Origin: Harriotta raleighana
Taxonomy: Eukaryota
Assembly (NCBI GenBank): GCA_050575255.1
Contig: JBNZDD010013686.1
Location: 4,026,801-4,090,800 of the forward strand
Direction: 5' to 3'
DNA: 64,000 bases
The notes under the pieces were generated by a model. It had not been told where the DNA came from, did no database searches, and saw nothing but the letters and a program-made list of their open reading frames with translations. Both the position numbers and the translations under genes were made by a program. This document shows positions 37,141 to 51,205 of the stretch, in pieces (position 1 is the stretch's first letter; each line of letters opens with the position of its first letter).

Positions 37141-37519
37141 GTACTTGACTCATATTATTCTTTTTATTATTTATGATTGGTACATAGTCTGACTCTGAGG
37201 TCTGAAGCTTAGTACTGTAATATCTAATGAGATTTGCTGTAAAGGATTCAAAATCTTAAAGGAGGCTGCCTTCCTGTCACCAGCACAACACCAACTCCAT
37301 TTATAGAGCATCTTTCACATCGGGAAGACGTCCCAAGGCACAGAAGAATGTCACATTGACTGGTGGGAACTCAGCTATGGTGCGATATATTTCTGGAGCG
37401 GAGTTCCTGTGGGTCATCATGATTTGCTTGTGGTTTCTATAGTTCCATCAAGTTCAGTAGAAGCGAGTGAAAGCATTAGCTTGTGTACATATCAGAAAAA
37501 TAACTTTCATACAACAAAT

Positions 37520-37600
37520 CAGAGAATATTATAGCATAGAAACTGACCATTCGGCCGAATGGGACTGTGCTGGTGTTTTCTTCACACGAGCCAACTCATT
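37520..37600 (-). mobile_element. CR1-type 3' end fragment
   Basis: agcatagaaactgaccattcggccgaatgggactgtgctggtgtttt...cacacgagcc. Confidence 0.55.
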
Positions 37601-38289
37601 GAAATGCCTTTCCGTTGATCTGATACCAATACTTATACTTGGGGACTTGACATTCAAAGCAGTTATTTTGTTACTCGATTTCTGGTGTCACTTTCACACG
37701 CCACAGACCATCCTCCCTCTAAATGTTGTAGTGTGCTTGTGAAGAAATGTTAGCACATTTTTACATTTGTTTTGCTTTGCTGTACAGACAATACGTGTCT
37801 GTTCAGCAGAAGCCAAGTGATATTATTCACACCCTACAGGAGTCGCATTAATATTAACAGCACTCTGTTTCCAATTGAAATAAATGGGAGGTTTAGCCAT
37901 GAGAGATACAGCAGACATCATCATGATGAAAGAAAAACAGACATTAGTGAACTATACACCATGCAGACACACTTTATATGCATATTGACAAAGTACTGAT
38001 GATATGCCATAGTTTACTGAGTAAGCACCTGCATAAATTGCATATAATACTGAATGCTGGCAATTTCAGCTGACAAGACGTATTATTAGCAGTGATTTTA
38101 TTACTAGCTACACAGGTTTTCACAGATTATACCTTTGCAATGGCTTGAGTTCTTTTTGTATCCATAATAACAACACAAATTAAATTTGAAAGCTGCCCAA
38201 ATTTGATTTTGTGTGGTTTTTTTTACCAGCACAAGTAAGGTCGGCAATCTAAAGCTTTTATTTTAATGCAGATATATTCTTCCCTCCAC

Positions 38290-38826
38290 CAGCTGCAGAT
38301 CAGCCAAATCTCAGCAGCCCATGTTCTCTCCTACCCCAGACTCCGTGACCCCCATCAACCCCACCCGGGCCTAGCATCACTAGCTCCTCATCCCTCATAG
38401 AATTAAAAATCTTCGTCCTCACTTTCAAGCCGTCCACGGCTTTTCCCCCTTCTATCTCTCTGATCTGCTGACCCTCTATCAACCTGTCTGCTCCCTCCAT
38501 TTAGCAGGCTCCAGCCTGCTCCATGTCTCCTGCCTGACGCGTGCTACAATTGGTGCTTTCAGCCTCTCTGTCCGCACCCTTTGGAACACCACCCCACAAT
38601 CCATTCACCTTGCTCCCTCCCTTGCCACCTTCAAGGCCAGTCTCAAGACTCTCCTTCTCGACAGGGCCTTCAGCTGCCCTCCTTCCTTTGCCCTCCCTCA
38701 TCCTAACCCAGCCCCTGTCCGCCCCATGCTCAGATCCTAACTCCTGACTGTTCAGCACCTTGTGACGTCTTCTTGATGTGAAAGGTGCTCTACAAATGTA
38801 GTTTAGTTGTTTGTTGATGTTGTTGC
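38290..38826 (+). mobile_element. L2 LINE 3' fragment
   Basis: C-rich; IELKIFVLTFK, gctttcagc...ctttggaac, ccttcaaggccagtctcaagactctccttctcgac; tail cagcaccttgtgacgtcttcttgatgtgaaaggtgctctacaaatgtag(tgt)n. Confidence 0.88.
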
Positions 38827-38829
38827 CTT

Positions 38830-38984
38830 CTGCCATCCTCCCACCTCTCTCCCTCCTCTCTCCCCGATCTTGCTCTTCCCCAGCGCTCGGGTCCTGACCC
38901 CTGATTGTTTAGCCCCTTAGGACATCCTCCTGACGTCAAAACTGCTCTATAAATGTAACTTTGTTGTTGTTGTTGTTGTTGTTG
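38830..38984 (+). mobile_element. Second L2 3' tail abutting the first
   Basis: gctcgggtcctgacccctgattg...ggacatcctcctgacgtcaaaactgctctataaatgtaacttt(gtt)n. Confidence 0.82.
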
Positions 38985-41949
38985 TATTCAGTTACTGTTG
39001 CAGCCTTTGTTGCAAAAAAATTATATATTGTTTAAGACGCCTTTGTGGAAGCCATTATGAGTGCCAAATTTCTCGCTATTCATGAACAAATGTAATCCAT
39101 TTATGTCTAATTGTTGAAAGTTGAGCTGTATTTTCTGCGGGAGAGGATTACAATCACTGCAAATGGTGTTTGATCTGTTGCCTTGGAAACTGTGTGTTGC
39201 CAATACATCACAATTCCTTGGTGACTTCCATTTTATGAGCTGATGTTGGTCGGCATTATAATGATGTGTTCAAGGTTGTGCTTAATTATTATTTTCAGGC
39301 ACCTGACCTTATCTGCTGTAATGTTTATTGTGTAATTTAGAACGGCTGATTTACATTGCTTTTCCCAGTGAAAATAAATATATTTTATTTATCCAGGCTG
39401 TGAAAGTATGGGGTTTATAATAGCAAGTAGTACATTGATGTAGTAGCTAATAAATCAATATACTGTAGTATTTTTGCAGCGCCTCTGCAGACATCTTTCC
39501 TCTCATAGCCAAGGGCTGCTCTTGTACTCTTATGCTGTGTTTCCTGTGCTGAACATGGTTGCTGTGAGTTTTATGCTTTCAGTAACCTATGGAGGAACTT
39601 CATGCCTATGGACTGATTTACAGCAGGATGCAACGGAAGGAGGCATGACACAAGCGCTAAACTGCAAATGTCAGCATCAAAGCTATTTAGCAATGAGTCC
39701 TGCCCAACTCCTTTCCCAATGATTAGTTCTGACCATTTCTTCTCGGGAGTGGAAATTTAACTTAAGGGAGATCCATTACCATGGTTGGAGTCAATTTGTT
39801 TAGCGAGGCAAACATAACCACCCTTTATTATGTGCAATACCTACTTCCAGAGTCAAGGCTCTGCTCTGCTAATGCCAGTTTTTCTGGTGCCTCCATTGAA
39901 TTCGATCCAAATAAAAGAGAAACGAGAAATGTGGGACGAGGAATTGTTCTTCATTGGAAAAAGGGCCATCTCAAAGGCAAAAGCACAGAGGCACTAGCCT
40001 TAACTGCCACAGTCTGAAAAAAACTAAACATGGTTGCAGACTGAAGATGTGTAATCTTCAATCCTATAGTTTCAGTCAAAATATCACACTTATCTTTTTT
40101 TAACAGAATCACTGTCATCAAAGAGCCCGTGATGATATAATTTTGGAGAGCAATGAAAGGTTGCGTGGATTTAAGGCCACAATCTTATCTGTGGTCACAT
40201 AAATATAGGAATCTAGGAAGTGAAGCATCATTTTTGTAGTCCATTGAATTTTTCCCCGCTGATTTTCTCACACCCTCGTTGATGCCCAATCAGGACTTTG
40301 AGTTAAGCACTTTGAGACATCCTCACAACATAAAAGATGCCTATCAATCTAAATTCTATTGCATCGATTATACTGGAGCATTGAAATGGTTTTTTTCTGG
40401 CAAACTGATGAACAGATTTGGATTTGGATTGTTGGGTTCCCGGTGAAGTTGGAAGCTGATGAATCTGAGGTGGTTTATCAAAAGAATGTTAAGTAATGTT
40501 AAGTGTTAGTGAATTTGGATCTCATGATGACTTCCACAAAGGGTTGTGTTGGGATGCTAGGGTGCGATTAACAAGATGATGGGTGTCACTGAAGGTCAGT
40601 AGTGAAGAGGGATTTGATTTGGCCTTGTAAAGTTGATGCATTTCTTTTTCCCAAGTGTAGGATAAATATTTATAATTAATATTGACAAAAAAATGTTTTG
40701 ACATAATTAGAATTATTACCGCAGTGTTTAAACATGTTTAACATGTGCAGTGTGTGAGCTAAAACCTTTTACAAAAAAAAACAACCAACCAAGGAGATTA
40801 ACATTTTCCTGAACCCATTGGCAGTTTAAAGGTTAATATTTGGGCTTTGATTTTGAGGACTCTCATTTCCAATCTTCTGAAAATAAATTCAAAAACGCTG
40901 TATGAATTAAGCACCACTCTCACCTCTAGGTTAATCAGGTACTCAACATGTTAGGTTAATATTTTCCCGCTGTTAAACTTGCTTAATTGCACGTGAGTAG
41001 TTTGCTAAATTTACCACTAGTGTATAAAACATCATAAGCATGATTCCTCTCCCTCTTCTGTATCCTTGTCTGAAGCCCCTGCAGTCCTTGCTGGCAGCTA
41101 TAATATATAGGGCAATCTTCATTCCAAAATGCTGGTCACTTTGGAATGGAGCAGTCAGTCACAGTGCTAATATACATTCATGCCTCCGTGATTTGATCCG
41201 AGCACCCAAATTTAAAATACCTTTTTCAAATCCGCGATTACCACTATATGGTGACAAGAGCTGGTCTTAAAATTCAATTCCATACTGCGGGGTATATAAG
41301 TGATCTACCGCAGTCATAAATTAACTGAGCTCAGGGACTCGAGTGCAATCGTAATGCACTTATAGCTGCTGTTTGGAATTTGGAGGGAAGGGAAAGAGAT
41401 ATTATTCTTTGTCCAGCAGCTTGTGACAAATTTGGAAAGATTTTCCTTTCAAAGAAAATGATATTTACATACCGAGATAACCATTCAGTTTTAAGGCTCG
41501 CCAGTGAACTTAACGGTATTTAGGACTCTTGACACTTCAATGCTTAATGTGTGTTCTGGGAATGTTAAAGGAAAAAAATGGAAATACTGCTCACATGACA
41601 TATGGGTTGATATTAAATTACCCTGCGTGGTTTGATTAGTCCTCATTGAAGCTAAATAAAAATTTGTAAATCTTTAATCATTTTAATTTTAACAATCCAT
41701 TCTCAGATGTAGAATACACAAACGAACATGGTGACATGCTGTGTTTATTTCACTCATGAGGAACACTTTAATAATTCCTTTATAACTTTATCTCTCCTCA
41801 TTATCCGATCTTCCACATTCATTAAATAATCTAGTTTATTGTGATGCTCCAGTTCTGAGCTGCCATCAGAAAAAGCTATTACATACTATGTTAAATCTCA
41901 AAGGTGTTTCATTTTTTAGTCTAAATAAATTATTTCAGTTGCAATAGAA

Positions 41950-42225
41950 GATGCATAGCCAAGGCTGCGACTCCTGTACAGTGCTAGGGGGTGTTGCATT
42001 ACTGGAGGTGGTATCCTTCAGAACAAGGTCCGACCTGCCTGGGCATTAAAGATCCCACTATTTAAAAAAGGAGTTTTTCCCAATGTTATGGCCAACAATC
42101 TCCCCTAAATAAAACTGGTCGGTCAGATTATGGCTGTTTGTTGGACACTGCTGTGTGCAAATTGCCTGGCACGTTTGCCCACAAAATAAACAGTCATTAC
42201 AATAAATCCAAGGAGTGTTATTATC
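41950..42225 (+). mobile_element. Deu-domain SINE, diverged
   Basis: cagtgctagggggtgttgcattactggaggtgg...cattaaagatcccac...ggccaaca...gctgtttgttggacactgctgtgtgcaaattg. Confidence 0.75.
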
Positions 42226-42242
42226 TGCCATCCCCGACCCTC

Positions 42243-42380
42243 AACAATAATAATCCTTGCATTTGATATAGCGCTTTTTACGCCTTCTAGACGTCTCAAA
42301 GAGCTTCACAGAATAGACAACAACAGGAAAATTACTCTTTATAGTGCCTTTACATGTCAGAAGGATATCTGAAGGCGCTG
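42243..42380 (-). mobile_element. SINE tail followed by an L2 tail
   Basis: aataataatccttgcatttgatatagcgctttt...gacgtctcaaagagcttcacagaat, then caacaacagg...tttatagtgcctttaca. Confidence 0.78.
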
Positions 42381-45300
42381 AACCATGAGCTGTCTTAAGA
42401 TATAGGGAACAGGATATTCATTTGAAGTGTTGAGGGATGTACACTTGGTTAGGAAAAAGCAAAATGTGAATTTCTGCATTATTTCATTTAAATATTGGAT
42501 GTAACGATGAAGGTTCACCTATTATACAAAGCATTAAACAGTATTTTATTGTATTTACAATTTATCAAAGCCTGCACTATGTAATTGAGAGAGAATGAGC
42601 GGCCAGATTTGTGATTTGAGCAACTGGATTATGTCGCAATGTATAAACCTGCGAGTTACTGATTTGAAATAATGGTAATGAGAGAAAATTCTAAACATCT
42701 GTTTTTTATCACATTTTCACTTGCTAAATGAATGTTTGGGATTATATATTAGGCAAAGACAAGCAAGGCTTTGTTTATTTTGTTACCTTATGTATATTGT
42801 ATATAAGGTTATCAAAAAATAAATTTCATGCAACATTGCCTGTAATGAACTCCATCCTTCTTGCAAAGATCTGTTTAACTTCTTGATAGAAAAAAAATAG
42901 TTTTTGAAAGAAATTATGAATCCCTCTCCAAGCTCTTGAAATAAATCTTGCTTTTACAGGTTGTCTCATGTTTTCTTAAAGCAAGTTTGGATAAACACGT
43001 CCTTATTGGAAATATGATCATGCTGTTATGCTTACAAAATGTTAAGAGATTAGGGCAGCTCTTTTTGAAACCTGTTATTTATGGTTATTTCTTCTTTAAT
43101 TAGATTATATGATATTGTTGTAGGTTCCAGATCACACATCATGACATTTCATGTAAGTTCGGTGAATACAATAGATATGTCAGATAGACATTTTTAACTA
43201 AGGATCCTGTCGATGATCAACCTATCATTAGTATAACTTCCTGAACTTGGAAAGCATTATACTGTTTCTCCTTTCTAGATGCCAAAACACACTCAGGAGC
43301 AGGTATCAACAAGCTCCTAGATTACCCAATACAAATACTCACATCGGAAAGTGCATTGTTAGGGCTACTGCAAACAGCAAATAATTGCTTGCATGGGTAA
43401 ATCATACATCGTGATGCTAAGGTCAGAGTAATTAATGAATTGGCAATCCATTTTCAACAGCTTCGCTAGCAGAGTCAAAATCCACCGTCAATTTAAGGTG
43501 CACAAATTGGAAGCAGCGGAGTGGTCAATTAACCAGGTGTACATTACATGAAGATAGATACGTGTATGATCAATCAGTTCACTGTAGCACACTGTATTGT
43601 GTTGGGCATCCATTTCCCTGGAGGCAATATTTTCTTCAGTCTAATTAAGGTAAGATTTAAACTGAAGATGACCTTGCAGTTTTTATTGCCTTGGTAATGC
43701 TTGAGGTGATGTTACTCCCAAAGTTAGGGTTGCTGCTCTAGTATTGTGACACAGTACCAACAATGAGAAATTAAGTTTTAGGCAGGAAGAGCAACTATTT
43801 ATCTTCATAGTTATCTGGCCAATTGGACATGTCAATAGATCGTGCGTCTATCTGTATCAAAGCAGCTGTTTGTATTACCAGCTGCACGAGAAAGTTTTTT
43901 TGATAGGGTTTCAGAATGTTTCATTGCCGCTGTGTGTAATAAAACAGCTGCTTTTTCATTGCACAATCCAAGAAGTTACGTTTCCTTTGGAAATCTGGAG
44001 CCTGCACGACAATCTCCAATGTCCACAAATCCGACCACATGTGTAGGTCTCTGTCAAAAGCTGTACGATGTTTTGGCAAAAAACGACGCAAAACGAAAAC
44101 CTTAAAGTACAGTAACTTCATTTCCAGAGTGAAAATGTTCTAGTTCTCTTGTATCAGAATATAACAATTTGAGGCATGTTACTCTGTAATGGACTCTTTT
44201 CATATAAGCATATATTACATGCATTCTACATCCCACATACTACATCATACCTACTACATCATACATATGCGCAATTATAAAGGCATCTATACGGTTCTAT
44301 TCTTTAACTGGTGAGAAGTACGCTATCTTATCCTTTGATTGTTGCCCTAAAGTAGAGCAAGAAAAATCATAGCATTGGAGAAAGTGGTATTTCATCATAA
44401 TAATATGGGCATCGTGGCATGAAATGTCACAGAACTTGTAACATTTCAACCAGCTGTACGCCAAATATTCTTCCAAAGTTCATTGGGAAGTCGAAAGGGC
44501 TGAGAAGATTTCAAAATATATTTCACAAAGCGGCTCAAAATGAAATAACTCATACTGTAGGTCAGTGTTTTGTTAAAGAATAGAACTGTACAGATGCCTT
44601 TATGCCCCATTAATTGTAATACAGATAACAGTGCCAAAAATAATGAGCCATGCAGGGTATTATGGAGCAGAAGGCCTTGGTAATTTTCACTTTGTAGTAT
44701 GAATTAACTGGAGAGACTGAAGTGTGTGAGCTCATATATGCAGAACCAGAGGTTGTGGGGGGAATATAATGGAAATACCTCTGCATTCGTTTTAATTTGT
44801 CCAATCTATTTTCAGGTGCATTGTAACTGGGCATTTATTTCATTCAGACGTACTCATTGAATGCTCTTTAAATTTAAAGCTCTCTGCGTTAAAGGAATGT
44901 TTCTGCGATTGCAAATGCAATTTGATGTGCTGGAAGCATGTTAGTATACTGCATGGTACAAGAGAAAGCTGGCACTCAAAGCAAAGTCTGCTACTAAAAA
45001 TCCACACTGACTGGAATACATCTCAGAAGGGAAACATTTATCTTCATACAGTCATTAAATTCAGTGAATAGCATTATATTCTAACTGCAATATGCTCACC
45101 CTATTATAGGCAGAGCTGTGGAAGACTTTGAACTGTGGTCGGTGTCACAAAGTGTTTTTGTGAACAATTAGATGTACAATGAAATATTGATCTCTAGAAG
45201 AATCACACTGGTCTTGTAAAGCAGAGACAAGTATTCACTGAAAGGGCTTTGCTTTGTATAGCTAGTAATGAAACTGCACACACAATAAATATTTAATAAG

Positions 45301-46524
45301 AATTCCCTTCTGGTGGGATTTGTGCCCCGTAGCATCTCATTACCATGTCTCGGAATAGCATCCTCATTGGCACTTGCTTAATTACTTTCAGAAAGAGTCG
45401 AAATGTGCGGCTGCTGGGATCAGAAAGTGATTAAACTATCTGGCAGGTTACAGTGTCCCTCATTATGATCCTCATTTAGCACTTCCTAATGGATTTACAT
45501 TTTTACCACTCTGATTTAATTTTTTTGCCTTCATTCCCACAAAAGCATGAGTCGACAATGAGCAATTAATTCCTAATGAAAGGTGTCTCTCAGTCCCTCT
45601 CAGCAGGCTGTCAGGGGTGATTGGCACTGTCAGCAGCTCAGCAGTAAAGTATGCTGTAATGTGACAGATTGCATTCTGCAAAATGCTAAATGAAAAGTGA
45701 GGATTTGTGATTTCCATTGCCCACAGCTACATTTTTGACAGGTTTGACATTTGGTGCAATAAAGTCGCAGAGGATCTGAGCAGCCCCTGCTGGTTGGCAG
45801 AAACTATCACAAATTCTAGACATCCATTCATTCATTTTCGTCTTCAGTTGGCAGTATTTAGTTATAAAAGTTCAGGTGGTCGAAGCCATCAGTCTTATGC
45901 AAGGTAGATTTGAAAGGCACAAGATTGCAGTTTTCTATGTTATATTGATTTGAGCACTAGGAATTCGTGAAGAATTAAATCTGCTTTTGAGTGCTGTTCT
46001 CAGTTGTATTTTGTCTCTCCAACCTGCAATGTGACCGTATTGAAGTGAAGTATTAAGTGTCTTGTTTCGAAACAAGTCAGCAAGCATCTCTCTGGGAATG
46101 CTCGCTGAACACCTTGCTCTAAATTGGTGACAGCATAACTTGAGGCAGTGAAGTAATAATAATAATCTTTGAATTTGGCACAGTTAATGATGACAGATCA
46201 GATTAAATTATCATGTCAAAGTTTTCACAATATCTTCATATTTTAACAAGACACATTTTTATGCACCAGAGTATGTTTAAATGGTTACCTATTTAGAATG
46301 TAATAGTGTAGGGGTTTTTTTCTTGATAAAATAATGCATCTCGATATGGATTTGAAATCCTGTTCTTTCTACCTACAAATATGTTTTTAACATTGTTTCT
46401 GTAATTATGTTGGAGGTCAACTATTTAAATGTCAACTAAGTGAAGCAAGCATAACGCTGCCTTTAACTGTTTGTCAAAGGCAACAATTTCACATGGTCAC
46501 AAGAGAGGTTCAATTGAAAATCTA

Positions 46525-46690
46525 TTTCCTTCCTGCCATCCTTCCAGAATATATACCCAACCAGACTTCCCTTTATAGTATCCAGCTGTTTCTTAAATGA
46601 GTCCAATTCTGGCTTCAACCATCCTTCCTGGTAACCCTATGTGTAAAGAAATGCTTCCTTGTGTCTACCTTAAAAGTGCCTTTTCCATTC
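46525..46690 (-). mobile_element. CR1 3' region remnant
   Basis: tatccagctgtttcttaaatgagtcc...cttcaaccatccttcctggtaac...gtgtaaagaaatgcttcct, resembling the antisense CR1 ORF2 end. Confidence 0.65.
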
Positions 46691-48660
46691 TCCAACCCAA
46701 TTCAGTAATTAATGAAACGTAAAGAGGAAAGATGATCATATTTTGGAATTCTAAAAGTAAACGTATTCCAAAGTCAACCTGGTGAGTCATTCTACATGAG
46801 AACTGTGCAAATAAAGGATGCATGCATAGAATGGATGGGCTATGCATGGTAATTTGTCAATGTTTGCACCTGTGTTCACAGAGGAAACTAAGTAGTTTCT
46901 GCATATAGAGGTATTTTATGGCCGGATTTCTGATTTGATTTTCTGATGTTTTGCTGCTACTTTGCGGAGACTCTGTGAAGACTGTATAAGCTGGTGTTGG
47001 ATGTTGCGTGTATTTAGCAATCATTTCGGAAACATTAGAGGATAAGCAGCAATTTAAACTGATGGATTTAATCCTTGTTGTTCCCTCTTCCGAGAAAAGA
47101 GTTAGGAATCTGCTGTGATTATGTAATATTTATCTATCTCAGTGGTAATAAAGTGCTCTCACCCCACAAAATGGGTGCATGTTGCAGATGATGAAGGCAT
47201 TACAGGAAAGCCATTGAAGCAACGTTCACCCAGCTTGGTTTAAGCTTAGGTAAACCCCATCCTGCTCATTGCTGATTAAAGTCATAATTGAACTGTAACA
47301 GATACAATACAAATTTACAATGGAAACTACATTTACATTTAGCCCTTTTAATGCTTGAAGGACATACAGTTGAGCCAAGATGTAACTACAGTTGATTGTG
47401 AAGTATCAGGCCCTATGTTCATCTGACTTTTCATTGCCCAATGTTGCACAACAATAACATATTCATGTCAAGAACATTATTATATGACTCGGCCTCTCCC
47501 TGCCCACCCCTCTGTCAGTGTCCAGCACCAAATGGCTAGATATTTTACTCTATGTGAAAAGGCGGTTTATCATTGCAATTGTTCTTGTTATTATTGTTAA
47601 TTAAGAAATCTAGAAGCTACTTCACAATTCGAAATCAATCTACTATCAAAGAAAGCTCCCTCGTGCCAGATTGACGTGCGTAATAACTTTCATTACCAGG
47701 AGTTCACTTCTTAATTAAGAAATCTGTTAAGAAATGCTATAAAATTGACCTTTTTGTTTGGTTATTGCTAACTCAGTGCAATAATGTATTTCACGCTACT
47801 AGTAAAATAGTTAATTATTGCAGTCCATTGCCCGGAGCCAAAATGATCAGAGGAGGAAATCCATTTGAGAATTTCTTTTTGCAATCTACCTGATACATTA
47901 CAGCATCCAATTTCAGGTTGTCTGGTGGAGGAATTAATTGAATCCTGACTAGGTCTGTGCGCCTATTTTCATAGAGTTATTCACAGAAACGTATCTTGTG
48001 TATTTTATGGTGTTGATGGACTGATTGGAACAGAAGGAGATGTTCTGCATCTGATCCATGGTGATAGAGTGGGGAAATGTGTCTGGTTTATTTTGTTAGA
48101 AATTCTGACCAACAGGATTGACATCTGACCTGCAACGTGCCCGTGTGAAACCCAAAACTATATGCTCACCATGACCATTCATATAGATACTGTAGCTATC
48201 AGAAACATTAATACCTCCATCATCAACACAGCTTGCTCCAATCTCTAGGCTCAGCTCTTCTGCCATAGCTCACAGTTTCTGCAGCATACAGGTGGTACAG
48301 AAATGTGATACTGTATCCTGCTAGCTGTGAGTGAATTGTCAGCTCTTTCTCAATGCGTACTGAAGTTTAGTGCTCATTAAAGTCAGACGAAACTGCTTGA
48401 AACAAAATGTTGTTCCATTCCAAGTCAATGAGAGAGGCACCCTAGGGTCAGATGCAATACAGATCAACGACCAAAGTGAGATTCTTTATAGTGCTTCCTG
48501 CCTCCCCTTTACACACACACACAAACACAATTTCTCATTAATTCAGTCACTTTTCTGAACACAGGAGAGAAAAATGTGGCAATTGATTTTACCTGTGACT
48601 AAAAATGCAAAAGTAGCTGCTGGTTCTGACTAGCATTGGGGCTAAAACATATGTGCGCGC

Positions 48661-48717
48661 GTGGGGGGTGTGTGGGGGGGGGGGGGTTGGGGGGGGGGGG
48701 GGTAGTGGGGGGGGGAG
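48661..48717 (+). repeat. Poly-G low-complexity tract
   Basis: Four long G runs separated by short linkers. Confidence 0.85.
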
Positions 48718-49534
48718 CAAGGTACAGAATTGAAACTAATTTTAGGAAAATCTAGTTATTCTCAGTTCTCAGTCTCACTGAAACTTTGCTTTAGAAATGC
48801 TAAGTAATCTCTCTCATTATACCCTCCAGCAAATCATGTGATAGTTCTGCCCTACTGTAAAGACATCCCCCATCGGCCCTCTAAAATCAGTGTAGCCTAA
48901 GCTCTCCCACTGACTGTCATTAGCACTGCTTTTGAGACTCTGGCATGTGTTTATAAAAAAAAATGGATGTGGTGAGTAAAATGTTGCCATTTAATTGCAA
49001 GGGGTTCATATCATGTTCATGAACCACTTGAGCTTCGTTCTCAGGATCTCAATTCTATAATTAATTGCAGCCTTCTACTTACTCCCAACCATCCTCAATT
49101 CTGCATTGGGAAACATTATACAATTCGCCTTTTCGGTTGCGCATGAACCACTGCTTATTGAATTAAATGCATCCTTCGCATATCGTTCTCGCAAACAAGA
49201 AGCATCATAAGTGAATGCTTGATGAATAGGCAAAATGCCACTGAATTGCTTTCTTGTTCACTGAATGCTTTTCATCGTTCTCACCTTGTACTCCACTGAC
49301 TCCTCTACATATTCCTCCGAGCAGTAAGGTAACAGCATGAGCTCCAAACTCTTCTGTCTTGCTTTCCCCTGGTGGGTTTTGTTGCCAGCAGGAAGCAAAT
49401 GGAATCTAATACAGGGCAATGTCTAATGAGATTCTTTAATAAGGAACTCTGCTCCCACTCTATCTTCTTTTGGACTTGAATTCCCATAGTTATGTGTCTA
49501 ATGTGCCAGATACACTTCCGGTGACCGGAAACTC

Positions 49535-49720
49535 CACCTGGATTCCTTATTAACAAATCTTTTGTAGTCTCCCCCACCCACCTTGATTTATCACCCACTG
49601 GGTCATCCTTCTCCCCTCCTTTCTCCCTCCCCTCCTCCCAACTCAGCTCTCATTCAGCTGTGTAAAGCACTTTGTGATGTCCTTCTGACATGAAAAATGC
49701 TATACAAATAATATATTTTT
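49535..49720 (+). mobile_element. L2 3' remnant
   Basis: C-rich tract, then tgtaaagcactttgtgatgtccttctgacatgaaaaatgctatacaaat. Confidence 0.7.
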
Positions 49721-51084
49721 TAAATCCTTACTTCTGATACAAGCCTTTCACGTTTGCGGAATGTATCAAAGAGTTTTACGGGATATAGTGGGACGTGTAA
49801 TGATGATTTGTGTTTTGTGAGTGAATTTGTATTTCCACTGGGGAAAACGTGAAAGGGTAAATTCTCCTAATGAATTAACCAGCGGAATGTTACAGCACAA
49901 CAACAAATCTTGCATTCATATCATGCCCTTCATGCAGGATAGCATCTTGGTGGACTAAAAAAAATGCCCATAGTTTTCTATTAAGCTGGAGAGAAATGAG
50001 AGTTGATCACAAACACCATCGAAGGTAAAGGCAGAAAGCCAAAGATTTTAAGACATACAATTCACCAAACTATAAGTACCATATAATGCATCTTTTTCTG
50101 CTTTGTGCTTTGTCGCAACATTCCTTTCCACCTCCTCATACAAAATTGCTTTTGCTATTTCTTTGCTTCAGTAGAACATTTGAGTTACTGGGTTTGGTGA
50201 GTGAAAAAGTCAATTCAGGCAAATTGGGTAAAAGTCAAATTTGGCAAGCTGTGAATAATTGTGGAAATATTTTCCAGTGCTCGCTGGAGCTGGGGATCAG
50301 CTGGGAGCATTAAATCAGATTCTGACTTATTATGTTTATAACAAAAACTACAAGGAATATTATTAAGATTTTATTGTTTGAGGGAAAATTCATGTGCCTG
50401 ATTTTCATAAGACTGAATTTATTTTTATTTTCTGAATATCCTTTGTCTCACCATCACTAGCATCCCTTAAATTATCTTCTAGACCATTGTGTTTCTTTCT
50501 GCTTCTATAAATATGACAACCTTTATCTTTGTACAAGTACTTTTAAATTCTTTTAAAATATTCACTTAAATGTTCAGTTTGTTTTCTCGTCTCTGACTGA
50601 CACATAAATATATATTTCCTAGCCTGGAAATAATGAATCTACCATTGAGTATCTTTATAGATTACAACAAAGTAAATCTGCATGTGAGGAAACATAAATA
50701 TCATAGAACCTTATTTCACTGTTAAGAATGATACAAATTTAGGGGCTTTTAGTAGTGATTTTTACAACACTCTGTGAAATGACTGTGAAGCTTCCTTGTA
50801 TAATGCAAGACTAAGTCGTGTAGGTATAATAGATTAGTCTTCAAGACACTTGAAAATATAGAATTAAGAAAAATAATGTGGGCTAAGATGAAACCAATTA
50901 ATAAGTAGGGCTGATCAAGAGACTAATTGAGTTAAATCTAACAAGCATTTTCCATTGGAAACCAATCTAATGATCTCTGCAGTTGATACAACAACTAGTA
51001 TTTATACATCGCCCTTTACTTGGGGTTGTGTGTCTTATTGTTTCATCGAGATGTCTGTCTAGAAGTACATTGCAGGATTTTACA

Positions 51085-51205
51085 GTGCTCTCCCTGCACT
51101 GCACTGGAATGCTATCTTAGATTTCGAGTTCAAAGTCTCTATGTGTGGCTTAAACCCGTGACTCATGGGCGAGAACGCTATCAACCTAACCAGATTGACA
51201 CCTGC
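51085..51205 (-). mobile_element. Deu-type SINE 5' head fragment
   Basis: ctccctgcactgcactggaatg...gagttcaaagtctctatgtgtggcttaaacccgtgactcatgggcgagaacgcta; matches 13470-13540. Confidence 0.7.

Noticed and set aside
44236-44265. Short tandem duplications (also at ~10978, ~40485, ~54901, ~56757)
   Set aside because: Ordinary slippage-type micro-duplications with no further structure.
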